A stretch of 20,000 nucleotides of DNA, from the sequence record DRR378314_135; one strand, 5' to 3'. Position 1 is the stretch's first letter; the number at the start of each line of letters is the position of its first letter. Both the position numbers and the translations under genes were made by a program. This document shows, in pieces, positions 1 to 8,860 of this stretch. The notes under the pieces were generated by a model that was given only the letters and a program-made list of their open reading frames with translations, was not told the origin of the DNA and did no database searches.

Positions 1-825
1 GAGACCTCAATCTCGAACCTTTTCCTAGCGGCGATCCTGCCCGGCCTGTTCATGGGCGCAATGATGCTACTGACATTGCCGCTGGCAAAACCATCCAGCG
101 GCCCCGCCGAAGCTCCCACTGTCGTAGCTCTCAGCCCGATGCCCCACGCAGCACAACCCTATGCGACCCGCCTCTGGCTGTCGTTTTGCGAGAGCTTCTG
201 GGGCCTTATGACTCCAGTGGTGATCCTGGGCGGCATTTACTCCGGCATTTTCACGCCGACCGAAGCCGCATTGGTCGCAACCGTCTACGCATTGCTCGTC
301 GGCGGTCTGGTCTATCGCACCCTTACCCTGCGGGGGCTATATCAGTCTCTTTCGGATGCAGCCGCCTCTTCGGCCACGGTGATGCTAGTGGTCGCATACG
401 CCAGCCTCTTTGGCTGGGTGGTCACGGTCGAAGATCTGGTTGGGCAATATTCCGATGCGCTTCTGGGTCTCAGTGGCAACGAATGGGTGATCCTGCTGGT
501 CATCATGGTGATCCTGCTCATCGCCGGAATGTTCATGGATGCGGTGACAGTGATGTTCATCTGCCTGCCGATCCTGATGCCCGTCGTACGTGAACTCGGC
601 TGGGATCCGATCTGGTTTGGTGTGCTGGTCATGGTCAATCTCGCCATTGGCCTCATCACACCACCCGTTGGCATCAACCTATATGTCGCAGCCAATGTAA
701 CGCGCCTTCCGATCGAAAAAGTCGCCCGTGGCGCAATGCCCTTTCTCTTCGTATGCCTGATCGGCCTTGCGGTGATCGGCTTCGTTCCACAACTGTCTCT
801 GGGCCTGCTAGGCCCCTCCAACTGA
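1..825 (+). CDS. dctM: TRAP transporter large permease (DctM family), 5' end outside the window
   Basis: Frame +1 is open from base 1 (ETSISNLFLAAILPG...). DctM motifs GGIYSGIFTPTEAA, GMFMD, DPIWFG and GLITPPVGINLYV are present. TGA at 823-825. Confidence 0.95.
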   Translation, partial: ETSISNLFLAAILPGLFMGAMMLLTLPLAKPSSGPAEAPTVVALSPMPHAAQPYATRLWLSFCESFWGLMTPVVILGGIYSGIFTPTEAALVATVYALLVGGLVYRTLTLRGLYQSLSDAAASSATVMLVVAYASLFGWVVTVEDLVGQYSDALLGLSGNEWVILLVIMVILLIAGMFMDAVTVMFICLPILMPVVRELGWDPIWFGVLVMVNLAIGLITPPVGINLYVAANVTRLPIEKVARGAMPFLFVCLIGLAVIGFVPQLSLGLLGPSN

Positions 826-838
826 GGACCCGAGATAT

Positions 839-1591
839 ATGTCAGAAAAAACCGCCATCGTTACCGGCGCCGCACGCGGCATTGGCCTTGCCACGACAAA
901 GCAACTCCTTGCCGAAGGCCGCCAAGTCGCGATGATCGACCGTGATGCAGACGTACTGATGCAGGAAGCTGGCGCGCTCGAAGGGGTGCTGCCCGTCGTC
1001 TGTGACGTGTCGGATCCGGATGCTGTCGCTGAAATGATGTCGACCTGCTACAGCGCGTTTGGCCGCATCGACGCCGTGGTCAACAACGCAGGCGTGGCGG
1101 ATTTCGGCCCCATCGAAGACACAAGTTTTGCCCGCTGGCGTCGAGTGATGGAAACCAACCTCGACGGCGTGTTCCTCTGCTCACAGGCCGCAATCCCGCA
1201 TCTGAGAGAAAGCAAGGGCGCCATCGTCAACATCGCGTCGATTTCAGGCCTGCGGGCTTCCACCCTGCGTGTGGCCTACGGAACATCCAAAGCAGCGGTG
1301 ATTCAACTGACCATGCAGCAGGCCGCAGAGCTGGGCGAATATGGCATCCGCGCCAACTGTGTCGCACCGGGCCCGGTGCGCACCAAATTGGCAATGGCTG
1401 TTCATAGCCAGGAAATCATCGATGCCTACCACGATGCCATTCCCCTCAACCGGTATGGGTCGGAGGACGAGATTGCATCTGTCATCGTATTCCTGTGCTC
1501 GGACAAGGCCAGCTATGTCACCGGACAGACTATCGCATCCGACGGCGGCTTTCAGTCCACCGGAGTCGGTCTCCCTGCCCTGCGCGTCTGA
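839..1591 (+). CDS. Classical SDR family NAD(P)-dependent oxidoreductase (FabG-like), 250 aa
   Basis: TGAARGIG nucleotide-binding motif, NNAG, catalytic YGTSK and C-terminal ASYVTGQ..DGG. GAGG upstream, 13 nt after the dctM stop. Confidence 0.95.
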   Translation: MSEKTAIVTGAARGIGLATTKQLLAEGRQVAMIDRDADVLMQEAGALEGVLPVVCDVSDPDAVAEMMSTCYSAFGRIDAVVNNAGVADFGPIEDTSFARWRRVMETNLDGVFLCSQAAIPHLRESKGAIVNIASISGLRASTLRVAYGTSKAAVIQLTMQQAAELGEYGIRANCVAPGPVRTKLAMAVHSQEIIDAYHDAIPLNRYGSEDEIASVIVFLCSDKASYVTGQTIASDGGFQSTGVGLPALRV

Positions 1592-1608
1592 TTTTCCACT
1601 GTAATTTG

Positions 1609-1637
1609 AACCAGCCGGGCCCGATGCCCGGCTGGTT
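1609..1637 (+). terminator. Stem-loop after the SDR gene, probable terminator
   Basis: AACCAGCCGGGC-ccgat-GCCCGGCTGGTT is a perfect 12-bp inverted repeat 17 nt after the stop. The U-tract is weak. Confidence 0.6.
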
Positions 1638-1866
1638 GCTGTGCCTGATAGGGTTCGATTGCAGCGGTTGAAGATCTGATCCACGGGATCACGCCGATTT
1701 TCACGACCGCGCAGCCCAATGCTTTTCTCGTACCCGAATCCTTGTTAGGGTTCGCGTGATTTTAAAGCTTAGGATTTATCCATTGGAAACGGTATCTTGC
1801 CCACCGCCGTGGAACCGCTTTTGTTCGCTCAATCAGGTTTCGCCAGAACCGGAAGCAGAGCATCAG

Positions 1867-2799
1867 TTGCTCAATCCGAATTTTTCACCGATCTCAAACG
1901 CCTCGGACTTTGATGCTAAACTGCTTGATGAGCTCGTTCCTCAAGCATCGTCCGACACCCCCCTGAAGCTGTTTGCGCTGCTCGGTGCCCGCCGCAGCAG
2001 TTTTTTGAAAGACTTGCTGGATATCTCGGGGCTGCCTCATGCCTGTCTCTATGATCTGGACCAAGATAATGATGACGATGGTGCTGGGGCCCCCTGGCTT
2101 GTAGAGCTGGATCCGGGATCGCCCTTCACTGCCAGCACGTTCACCCTCGACCCCGAAGCGAAGGATCCACGCAGGATGTTCGGTGACGGGATCTGGATCT
2201 GGAGCCCACTTTCATTGCAGGCGTTGCGGGCGCATCTGCGCCGCTACACACGGTTCGAAGACGAGCGGTCGGTCTGGATGCTGTTCAGACTGCAGGAACC
2301 TGGCATGTTGGATGCCCTGCTCCAGACCGCGCCCTGCGAGGCCCGAAGGCGTTTCTTTTCCGGCATTCACCGTATCATCTACCCTTGGCCCGCGCTCACA
2401 GAGGGGGAATGGGACCTTTTCGCAATGGAGCCTCCAACCTCCTCAACGCAAAACACCTCGTCTGATGCTGGTGGCCGCATGCTGCTGGAGCAGCGCGCAC
2501 GCAAGGCTCTCGCCTGTTTCGTCAACGACCGCACTGCGCGAAAGCTTGCGGCCGGCGAAATTCAAGTGCCCGAAGAACGCCCTGCCGCCTGTGACGTGTT
2601 CTTTCGCCTCCTGAACGCAGGCTACGATCACCCTCCCCGCCTGGTGGAAACATTCCGGCTGCTACAGCGCTGCCCGCCCGATGCGGCGCCACAGTTCTGG
2701 CATGAAGTTGAAAGCGGCGAACATTCTTTGCGGCGAATACTGCTGGTCTTTGCGGATCACTACAAAATCAAAGATGTCCTAGAGGAGCATGTCTGGTGA
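1867..2799 (+). CDS. DUF4123 domain protein (T6SS effector chaperone/adaptor, TEC/Tap-1 type)
   Basis: Motif order LFALLGARR...CLYD...APWLVEL...GIWIWSPLSLQALRAHLRRY...LFRLQEPGML follows the DUF4123 pattern. The start is uncertain: TTG 1867 is preferred, the ORF track starts at GTG 1756. Confidence 0.85.
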   Translation: MLNPNFSPISNASDFDAKLLDELVPQASSDTPLKLFALLGARRSSFLKDLLDISGLPHACLYDLDQDNDDDGAGAPWLVELDPGSPFTASTFTLDPEAKDPRRMFGDGIWIWSPLSLQALRAHLRRYTRFEDERSVWMLFRLQEPGMLDALLQTAPCEARRRFFSGIHRIIYPWPALTEGEWDLFAMEPPTSSTQNTSSDAGGRMLLEQRARKALACFVNDRTARKLAAGEIQVPEERPAACDVFFRLLNAGYDHPPRLVETFRLLQRCPPDAAPQFWHEVESGEHSLRRILLVFADHYKIKDVLEEHVW

Positions 2800-4643
2800 G
2801 CATCTGTGTAGAATGTGGCGAACTCGAACTCTACTACGTGCCAGCCTGCGGTGACCCGGCTGTCGGTGAGAGCAAGATCCTGCTCTACTCCGGCGAGGAG
2901 CTTCAGGCCTTGCATGCGGAAATCCGAGAGATGGATGCGGCCTTTGGGGCATTGGAAGAGGCCAAGGTCGACGGTGAGCCTCAGGCCATTGTCGACGCGC
3001 AGGATCACCTGACAATCCTGCTCAAGGGTTATATCAAGCCAACTGAAAACCTGCCGTCAAAACACCTGGTGCAGGCCTACTCGATCACGGGCAAGAAATG
3101 GACCCGCATTCGCAGTGACAAGATGCGCAATCACTGGCGCAGCTACAATGTCGACAAGTCGTTGCTGCGCGCACAACAGGGCACGGATGGACGGTCCGCG
3201 CTGGCACGCACGCAATTGCGTGACGCGTTCAAGGCAAGCGCCAAGAAGATCTCGGACGATCTGCAAAGAGGGATTTCCTACAATGGACAGATTGCGAAAG
3301 GGGTCGTCAGCGGATCAATTACCGAGTTGTGGGACGCCAATTGGCTGAAATGGGTCGATGCCGTCAATGAAAGCCTGACATATTCAACCGAAAATGCACA
3401 TTTCGACCTTTCCGCCGGAGCGCAGCTACTGCGCGGGTATGCAGGCTATGGCGTGCAATTGGGATATGACCCCAAGAAAGGCAGCTACGCGCTGAAAGGC
3501 AACGCGGAAGCCAAGGCAATCCTTGGCGAAGCGAAGGTAAGGTTCAGCGGCTACTTCGTCGACCGCGAGGGCTGGCACGCATTGGTTGATTTTACGGATG
3601 AAAAGGCCTCGGAAGCAGGACACCAGCAGCAGATCGATTTTGGCTATTTCCGCTTCCAGCTCCGGGTTGATGCAACCGCCATGCTCGGTGCCAGTATCTA
3701 CGGCACCGCAGGCATCGAATTTGCCACCGAACCAAGCGGCAGCGTCCGCGTCAAACCGACCGCTGCAGGCAGCAAGGGCGAAATTTCCGCCGGAGCCTTC
3801 GCCGGTGTCGAGGCCGGCGGAACCGCAACCGGCATGTTCGAATGGCGCAATCCTGGCTTCACAGAAGGCGAAGACGGTCGATTGCAAGAAGCCGGTTGGA
3901 AGGCCATGGTCTCGATCGGGACGTCGGTTCTGGGAGCGGCTGGCGCAGGCGCCGAGGCGACGCTCAAGATCCAGTTTGAGAATGGCAAGTTCATGTTTCG
4001 CTGCGAGGCCCGTGTGGTGCTCGGGATCGGCGCCAAGGGTGGACTGAATGGGCTGATCGATTTCCGTCGCATCGTTGAATTCATCCAGTACATCTACCAT
4101 CAGCTCAAGGATAACAATTTCGCGTTCCTACGATTTGTAGAGGAAGCCGCGTTCAACGCGATGGTTCAGGTCACACTGCTGCTCGTCGAAGGCATTGTGG
4201 ATGTTGCCGATGCCGCAGTTGAAGTGATCGAGGCCGCGTTGACGCGAGCGTTTGAACCCATCGCAGATGCCAACGCGGCAGAGGCCTTTGCACGGAAGGT
4301 GCAAGCCCGTCCAACGGCATTGATTTTTGCCGCACCGGAAGCAAAGGGCGCCATTCTTTATAAACTCTCCGAGAGATTTGTATGGTCTTGGGAGGAGCGC
4401 CAGGAGGCCGCGATTCTAACGGTGATTGGCACCCTGCAGTCCCGCCGAGAGTGGGAGCAGGTCGTTGAACGCATTACAATAGACGGTACGAAATCCAGCG
4501 CTGCAACAGGTCTTGCGCGGCTTCGCGCCGTTCTGGATGGCGGATCTGAGCGGAAGTTTGAATCGATGATCCGCGCAATCAACACTCTGCCGCCCGCCAC
4601 ACTGTATGCAGGGACACCTGTTGTCGTAAGGAACCTCGCGTGA
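2796..4643 (+). CDS. Putative T6SS effector of unknown activity, 615 aa
   Basis: GTG start overlaps the DUF4123 stop (GTGA) with GAGGAG at 2782-2787. Long Gly/Ala-rich central region and no recognised catalytic motif. The CDS is secure; the effector role is inferred from its position between DUF4123 and an FGE-like gene. Confidence 0.75.
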   Translation: MSICVECGELELYYVPACGDPAVGESKILLYSGEELQALHAEIREMDAAFGALEEAKVDGEPQAIVDAQDHLTILLKGYIKPTENLPSKHLVQAYSITGKKWTRIRSDKMRNHWRSYNVDKSLLRAQQGTDGRSALARTQLRDAFKASAKKISDDLQRGISYNGQIAKGVVSGSITELWDANWLKWVDAVNESLTYSTENAHFDLSAGAQLLRGYAGYGVQLGYDPKKGSYALKGNAEAKAILGEAKVRFSGYFVDREGWHALVDFTDEKASEAGHQQQIDFGYFRFQLRVDATAMLGASIYGTAGIEFATEPSGSVRVKPTAAGSKGEISAGAFAGVEAGGTATGMFEWRNPGFTEGEDGRLQEAGWKAMVSIGTSVLGAAGAGAEATLKIQFENGKFMFRCEARVVLGIGAKGGLNGLIDFRRIVEFIQYIYHQLKDNNFAFLRFVEEAAFNAMVQVTLLLVEGIVDVADAAVEVIEAALTRAFEPIADANAAEAFARKVQARPTALIFAAPEAKGAILYKLSERFVWSWEERQEAAILTVIGTLQSRREWEQVVERITIDGTKSSAATGLARLRAVLDGGSERKFESMIRAINTLPPATLYAGTPVVVRNLA

Positions 4644-5659
4644 TGAAAATCGGAACTGCTGCGCTATGTCTGGCCGTCTTAGCTGTGACTGCTGCCAGTG
4701 CCTATTGGGGCTATGGGAAATATGAGCAAAAACAACTCCATTCCGCGCTTGTAGAGAAGATCCGCAGCGATCTGGTCTACATCGAAGGCGGGGACTTCGA
4801 GACAGGGAATTACAAGATTGATTTCCAGTTCCCCAGTGGCGCGCGACGCTTGGTTTCGATCGTGGAAGACATGCCGCTGCCATCGCGCCGCGTGACGCTG
4901 GAGAACTACTATCTCTCGGCCTATGAAACGAGCTACTCCGACTTCAACGTTTATCTGCGCGCGCAAGGCTATCCGGTTCTCGAACCTCAGGAGTACCGCC
5001 GCTACCTTCCGGATCACGCCGCCGCCCTATCGCTGGAGGAGGCATCCGCGTATTGCGCATGGCTGGGAGAACAGGTCGGGACAATCATGCGCCTGCCGAC
5101 AGAAGCCGAGTGGGAATTTGCCGCACGCAGTCGAGGGCAAAATCCGGCTTGGGCCACGGATGACGGGAATTTTCGGCCTGGCGAAAACCTTGCCTATCTG
5201 GTGACCGATGATCTGACCGCAGCAGACCGGGACCCGCCGATCGGAAGCTATCCTCCGAACCCACTGGGTTTGTACAATCTTGCCGACGGTCTCTACGAGT
5301 GGGTGTCGGACCGCGCCCCTTCGGATCCAGATGGTTCCGCAATAGGCAAAGGTGCGAGCAACTTCACATCCCGGTTCACCGAGGTCATTCCACGCCGCAT
5401 CGTTGTGGAGCGTCTGACTGACAAAGCTCGGGACGACCTGCTTCAGGTGCTTGCGCCGGAAGATCGGCAACGCCTGATGCGCCAGAAAGATCCGCTAAGC
5501 CCGTATCGCAGCCGGGTAACCGCCCGATGCGCCGCGTCGGAAACACGCGAACCTGCTCAGTCCGGTTTTGGAACGACACCAGGCCCGGTCCAATTCAACC
5601 CGCCGTTCTATGCCGAGGGCGAGCACCCTCCCTTGGTCACCGCGCCCGCCGGAGAATGA
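4643..5659 (+). CDS. FGE/SUMF1-fold protein with N-terminal signal or membrane anchor; putative T6SS immunity protein
   Basis: IEGGDF, RLPTEAEWEFAAR and PIGSYPPNPLGLYNLADGLYEWVSD are FGE-sulfatase domain motifs. Hydrophobic N-terminus (KIGTAALCLAVLAVTAASA). TGATG overlap with the upstream stop (alternative GTG at 4640). The catalytic RGGS..C....C segment is absent. Confidence 0.85.
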   Translation: MKIGTAALCLAVLAVTAASAYWGYGKYEQKQLHSALVEKIRSDLVYIEGGDFETGNYKIDFQFPSGARRLVSIVEDMPLPSRRVTLENYYLSAYETSYSDFNVYLRAQGYPVLEPQEYRRYLPDHAAALSLEEASAYCAWLGEQVGTIMRLPTEAEWEFAARSRGQNPAWATDDGNFRPGENLAYLVTDDLTAADRDPPIGSYPPNPLGLYNLADGLYEWVSDRAPSDPDGSAIGKGASNFTSRFTEVIPRRIVVERLTDKARDDLLQVLAPEDRQRLMRQKDPLSPYRSRVTARCAASETREPAQSGFGTTPGPVQFNPPFYAEGEHPPLVTAPAGE

Positions 5660-5758
5660 AAGTAGCTTTGCAGCAACTGCAAGAACCGGGTTAGCGCGAT
5701 GCCTGTTGCGCCGGAACCAGAAAAGCTGAGCGGGCAGCAATATTCGCAGCTGAAACGT

Positions 5759-5789
5759 AAAGGCGGCACGGGTTGCCCCGCGCCGCTTT
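5759..5789. terminator. Probable bidirectional intrinsic terminator between convergent genes
   Basis: Minus strand reads AAAGCGGCGCGGG-GCAA-CCCGTGCCGCCTTT: a GC stem with one G-U pair, a GNRA loop and short T runs on both strands. Confidence 0.75.
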
Positions 5790-5811
5790 CATTCTTCGAG
5801 TGCGCGTGAGC

Positions 5812-6900
5812 TTACTCTGCGCAGGCCCGAATTTTCTCAATGTCGGGGCCATTCGGGTTGCGGCCGAGGTTGAATGGTGCGGAGGCCGCGCGCCAGTTGG
5901 AGTAATCCGCAAGATATTCGAGCTGGCTCAGGTAGACTTTTGCCGAGGATGGGTTTTCACAAGCCACATTCTCGATCACCGCGTTGGCGGTTTCCTGAAT
6001 TTTTGCCAGCGCTTCGTCGTCCATACGCGTGATCTCGTTAACTTCGAGGAACTGCTTATAGGCATCATTCGCCCGGCGCTCGGTGAAGGCCAGCGACCAC
6101 AGCATCGTCGCGTCGGCGGCAATCTCCAGCTTTTCCTGAGCTTCCGGGCTCAGCGCATCCCAGGACGCCTTGTTGATCATCACGCCAAAAACAGATGCAG
6201 ACTGATGCCAACCAGGCGTTGCCCAGTAACCGGTCACCTGCTGGAACCCACCAGACCAGTCCACGTTTGGCGTGGAGAATTCCGCTCCGTCGATCACGCC
6301 GCGCTCCAGAGATTGGTAAATTTCACCACCAGCCATGGAGACCTGGCTGCCGCCAAGCTCGTTGAGAAGCCGGCCCTGCTCGAGACCCGACACCCGAAGA
6401 CGCTTGCCCTGCAGATCGTCGATCGAACGGATCGGTTCCTTGGTGTGAAAACCAGACTCGTTGTTGGTCACCGCGTAGGGAAGATAGACCATGCCGAACT
6501 TGCCATAGGTCTCGTTATAAATTTCCTTGCCACCCCACTGCTGAATCCAGTTCACGTAGTCGACTGCGTTGAACAAACTGGAGGTGGTGGCGAGCGGCGA
6601 AAAGGCCGGGTCACGGCCCGCCCAGTAGCCAGGCCAGTCTGCGCCAGCTTGCACGATCCCGCTCTCGACGGCACCGAAAACTTCGCCTGACGGCACCAGG
6701 CTGCCCCCTTCAAAGAACTCAATGCTGACTTCGTCGCCCGCGAGCTTGTTCGCAAGCTCGACGAAATGCTTGTCGAATTCGATCAGTTCGAGCGACGAAG
6801 GCCAGGTTGTGGTCATCTGCCAGCTTTGCTGCGCAGATGCCGCACCAGCGGCCATGGTCACGGCGAAGGTGGCCGAAGCCAGCGTCTTTCCAAGTGTCAT
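5812..6900 (-). CDS. dctP: TRAP substrate-binding protein (DctP, TakP/FcbT1-like), 362 aa
   Basis: Signal peptide MTLGKTLASATFAVTMAAGAASA, then WQMTTTWP, EVFGAVESG, GYWAG, DLQGKRLR, GEIYQSLERGVIDGAEF and PGWHQ. Start set at ATG 6900 behind AGGAGG, not at 7152. Confidence 0.93.
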   Translation of the reverse strand: MTLGKTLASATFAVTMAAGAASAQQSWQMTTTWPSSLELIEFDKHFVELANKLAGDEVSIEFFEGGSLVPSGEVFGAVESGIVQAGADWPGYWAGRDPAFSPLATTSSLFNAVDYVNWIQQWGGKEIYNETYGKFGMVYLPYAVTNNESGFHTKEPIRSIDDLQGKRLRVSGLEQGRLLNELGGSQVSMAGGEIYQSLERGVIDGAEFSTPNVDWSGGFQQVTGYWATPGWHQSASVFGVMINKASWDALSPEAQEKLEIAADATMLWSLAFTERRANDAYKQFLEVNEITRMDDEALAKIQETANAVIENVACENPSSAKVYLSQLEYLADYSNWRAASAPFNLGRNPNGPDIEKIRACAE

Positions 6901-6923
6901 AGAGATCTCCTCCTGTCTCATTT

Positions 6924-8249
6924 TCAGTTTGGTTTGTAGAGCGCTTCCGGCAACCAGGTGACGAGCTGCGGAAACAGCGCGATTGCAATAGCCATCATCA
7001 GGATCAGACCGATGAAGGGCAGAACGCCAATAATGATGTCGGAGGTGCGTACCTCCTTTGGTGCCAATGCACGCAGATAGAACAGCGCATACCCGAAGGG
7101 AGGCGAAAGGAAGGAGGTCTGCAACACGACAGCGGTCAGAACCACGAACCACAATTCGCTGACGCCCATTTCCCGCACGATAGGCAGGAAAATCGGGAAG
7201 GACAGCAGCACGATGCCAGTCCAGTCAAGGAACATGCCGAGGATGAAGATGATGAACATCATCACAGCAATCAGCATCCATGGCTCCATTTCGAGCGACC
7301 GCATCAACTCCTGTGCGGCACGCAGACCGCCCGTGATATTGAACACCCCCGTAAACGCGGTTGCCCCCACAACGATGAACAGGATCATCGCTGACGTGCG
7401 TGCGGTTTCATGCAGGGCGGAGCGGAAGGTGCCCCACTCAAAACGCCCCCGGAAAATCACAATCCCAAGCGCCAGCGCTGCGCCGATCGCCGATGCCTCT
7501 GTTGCGGTGGCAATCCCAGCAAGCATAGTGCCCAGGATTCCAAAAATCAGCACCAGCGGAGGCAATGCTTCGAGCACCAGCATCCGCAGCAATGTTCCGC
7601 GTGAGACCTTCTCATCAAGCGCCACAGAGGGAGCCAGATCGGGCCGGAACATCGCGACCAGTGCGACATAGCCCGCGTAGAGCAAACCAAGGATAATGCC
7701 CGGCCCCATCGAACCGGCGAATAGTTCGCCAACAGACAGCGATGAGTTCGACGCCATGAGGATCAGCATGATCGAGGGGGGGATCAGGATCCCCAGACAC
7801 CCGGACGCTGCGATCACCCCGGTGGTAAGGCGCTTGGAGTACCCGTATTGCAGCATCGGCTTGAGCGCCATTACCCCCATAACGGTGATCGAGGCACCGA
7901 TGATGCCAGTGGTTGCCGCCAGCAGGATCGAGATAAACACCACCGCGAGCCCCAACCCACCGGTAACACGCGACATCAGAAGGCGCAGTGTCTCAAACAT
8001 TCGATCCGTCACGCCTGAATCGGACAGGAACCGCGCCATCAGCACAAACAACGGAATCGCGATAAGGATGTAGTTATCGAGAACCTCGCCGTAGATACGG
8101 TTGATGACGATGCCCAGCACCATAGGCTTGCCCGCGATGATCGCACCAAGCACAGCAGTGCCGCCAAGAACAAAGGCTAGAGGGTGGCCCATGAAGAGGC
8201 CGGTCAGCAACAAGCCCGCCATAATTAGACCGATGATCTCACCCGACAT
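6924..8249 (-). CDS. dctM: TRAP transporter large permease (DctM, FcbT3-like), 441 aa
   Basis: LIAIPLFVLM, LAATTGIIGAS, GCLGILIPPS and LQTSFLSPPFGYALFYLR; polytopic membrane protein. Confidence 0.95.
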   Translation of the reverse strand: MSGEIIGLIMAGLLLTGLFMGHPLAFVLGGTAVLGAIIAGKPMVLGIVINRIYGEVLDNYILIAIPLFVLMARFLSDSGVTDRMFETLRLLMSRVTGGLGLAVVFISILLAATTGIIGASITVMGVMALKPMLQYGYSKRLTTGVIAASGCLGILIPPSIMLILMASNSSLSVGELFAGSMGPGIILGLLYAGYVALVAMFRPDLAPSVALDEKVSRGTLLRMLVLEALPPLVLIFGILGTMLAGIATATEASAIGAALALGIVIFRGRFEWGTFRSALHETARTSAMILFIVVGATAFTGVFNITGGLRAAQELMRSLEMEPWMLIAVMMFIIFILGMFLDWTGIVLLSFPIFLPIVREMGVSELWFVVLTAVVLQTSFLSPPFGYALFYLRALAPKEVRTSDIIIGVLPFIGLILMMAIAIALFPQLVTWLPEALYKPN

Positions 8250-8742
8250 GGTGCTGCTCCGATTTCTTGAGGATGAGCTTCAGGACCTCTGAAATGCCCT
8301 GAATGGCCAGAAGCACTGCAGCGATCGCCATGGCGATCTTGACCGGATAGACCGGGATTTGAATGGCACCATAAGTGGTCTCGTTCTGCGCATAGGAGCG
8401 CAGTGCGAACTCCCAACTTTTGCTTACAAAAATCCAGCAGAAGGGAAAAAAGAAAATCAGATAGCCAAGCACGTCAACAGCCCGACGCAACGGCGGAACC
8501 AGGTTTTCGGTGAGCAAATCGACACGGACATGCGCCTGATGACGCAACGCGTAGCCCCCAAGCATCACGAAGTAAAACCCGTAGAGCATCTTGGTAAGAT
8601 CGAACGCCCAAAGCGTCGGAGCATTGAAGCCGTACCGCATGATCACGTCGTAGATAATCATGCCTGCAAATATGATGGCAATAAAGGAGACCGCCTTGCC
8701 GACGACCTCGTTCAGCCCGTCAACGAGACGGATCAGAACCAT
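8239..8742 (-). CDS. dctQ: TRAP transporter small permease (DctQ, FcbT2-like), 167 aa
   Basis: YDVIMRYGFNAPTLWAFD and HVRVD motifs, four hydrophobic segments, GGGAGG RBS, overlaps the dctM start. Confidence 0.93.
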   Translation of the reverse strand: MVLIRLVDGLNEVVGKAVSFIAIIFAGMIIYDVIMRYGFNAPTLWAFDLTKMLYGFYFVMLGGYALRHQAHVRVDLLTENLVPPLRRAVDVLGYLIFFFPFCWIFVSKSWEFALRSYAQNETTYGAIQIPVYPVKIAMAIAAVLLAIQGISEVLKLILKKSEQHHVG

Positions 8743-8831
8743 TGTGATTTCCTCCCTGCAAAGGCACCTGCAAACCTGTCGCGAACCTTTTGGCGTAGAC
8801 TAGGCAGCGCACTCGCGTTTGACATGGAGAA

Positions 8832-8860
8832 ATCTGCAGACCATTACTGCAGATATGCAG
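8832..8860. promoter_or_regulatory. Candidate LysR operator in the divergent dctQ/lysR promoter region
   Basis: ATCTGCAG-N7-CTGCAGAT (8832-8854) interlocks with CTGCA-N4-TGCAG (8847-8860), which overlaps the lysR start codon. Confidence 0.5.

Noticed and set aside
4643-5659. True formylglycine-generating enzyme or EgtB
   Set aside because: No catalytic Cys pair, no DinB-like N-terminal domain, and no sulfatase or egtD neighbour.
4643-5760. Diversity-generating retroelement target (FGE-type C-lectin fold)
   Set aside because: No reverse transcriptase in the window and no near-identical template repeat of the 3' end was seen. A remote DGR cannot be excluded from this window alone.
5773-6690. 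305-aa plus-strand ORF
   Set aside because: Antisense shadow of dctP with no family motifs, as expected in GC-rich DNA.
6901-7152. N-terminal extension of DctP in the ORF track, and similar extensions for LysR, ALDH, KynU, TctB and the last DctP
   Set aside because: They overlap neighbouring genes or regulatory DNA. Downstream ATGs fit RBS position and/or family N-termini better.
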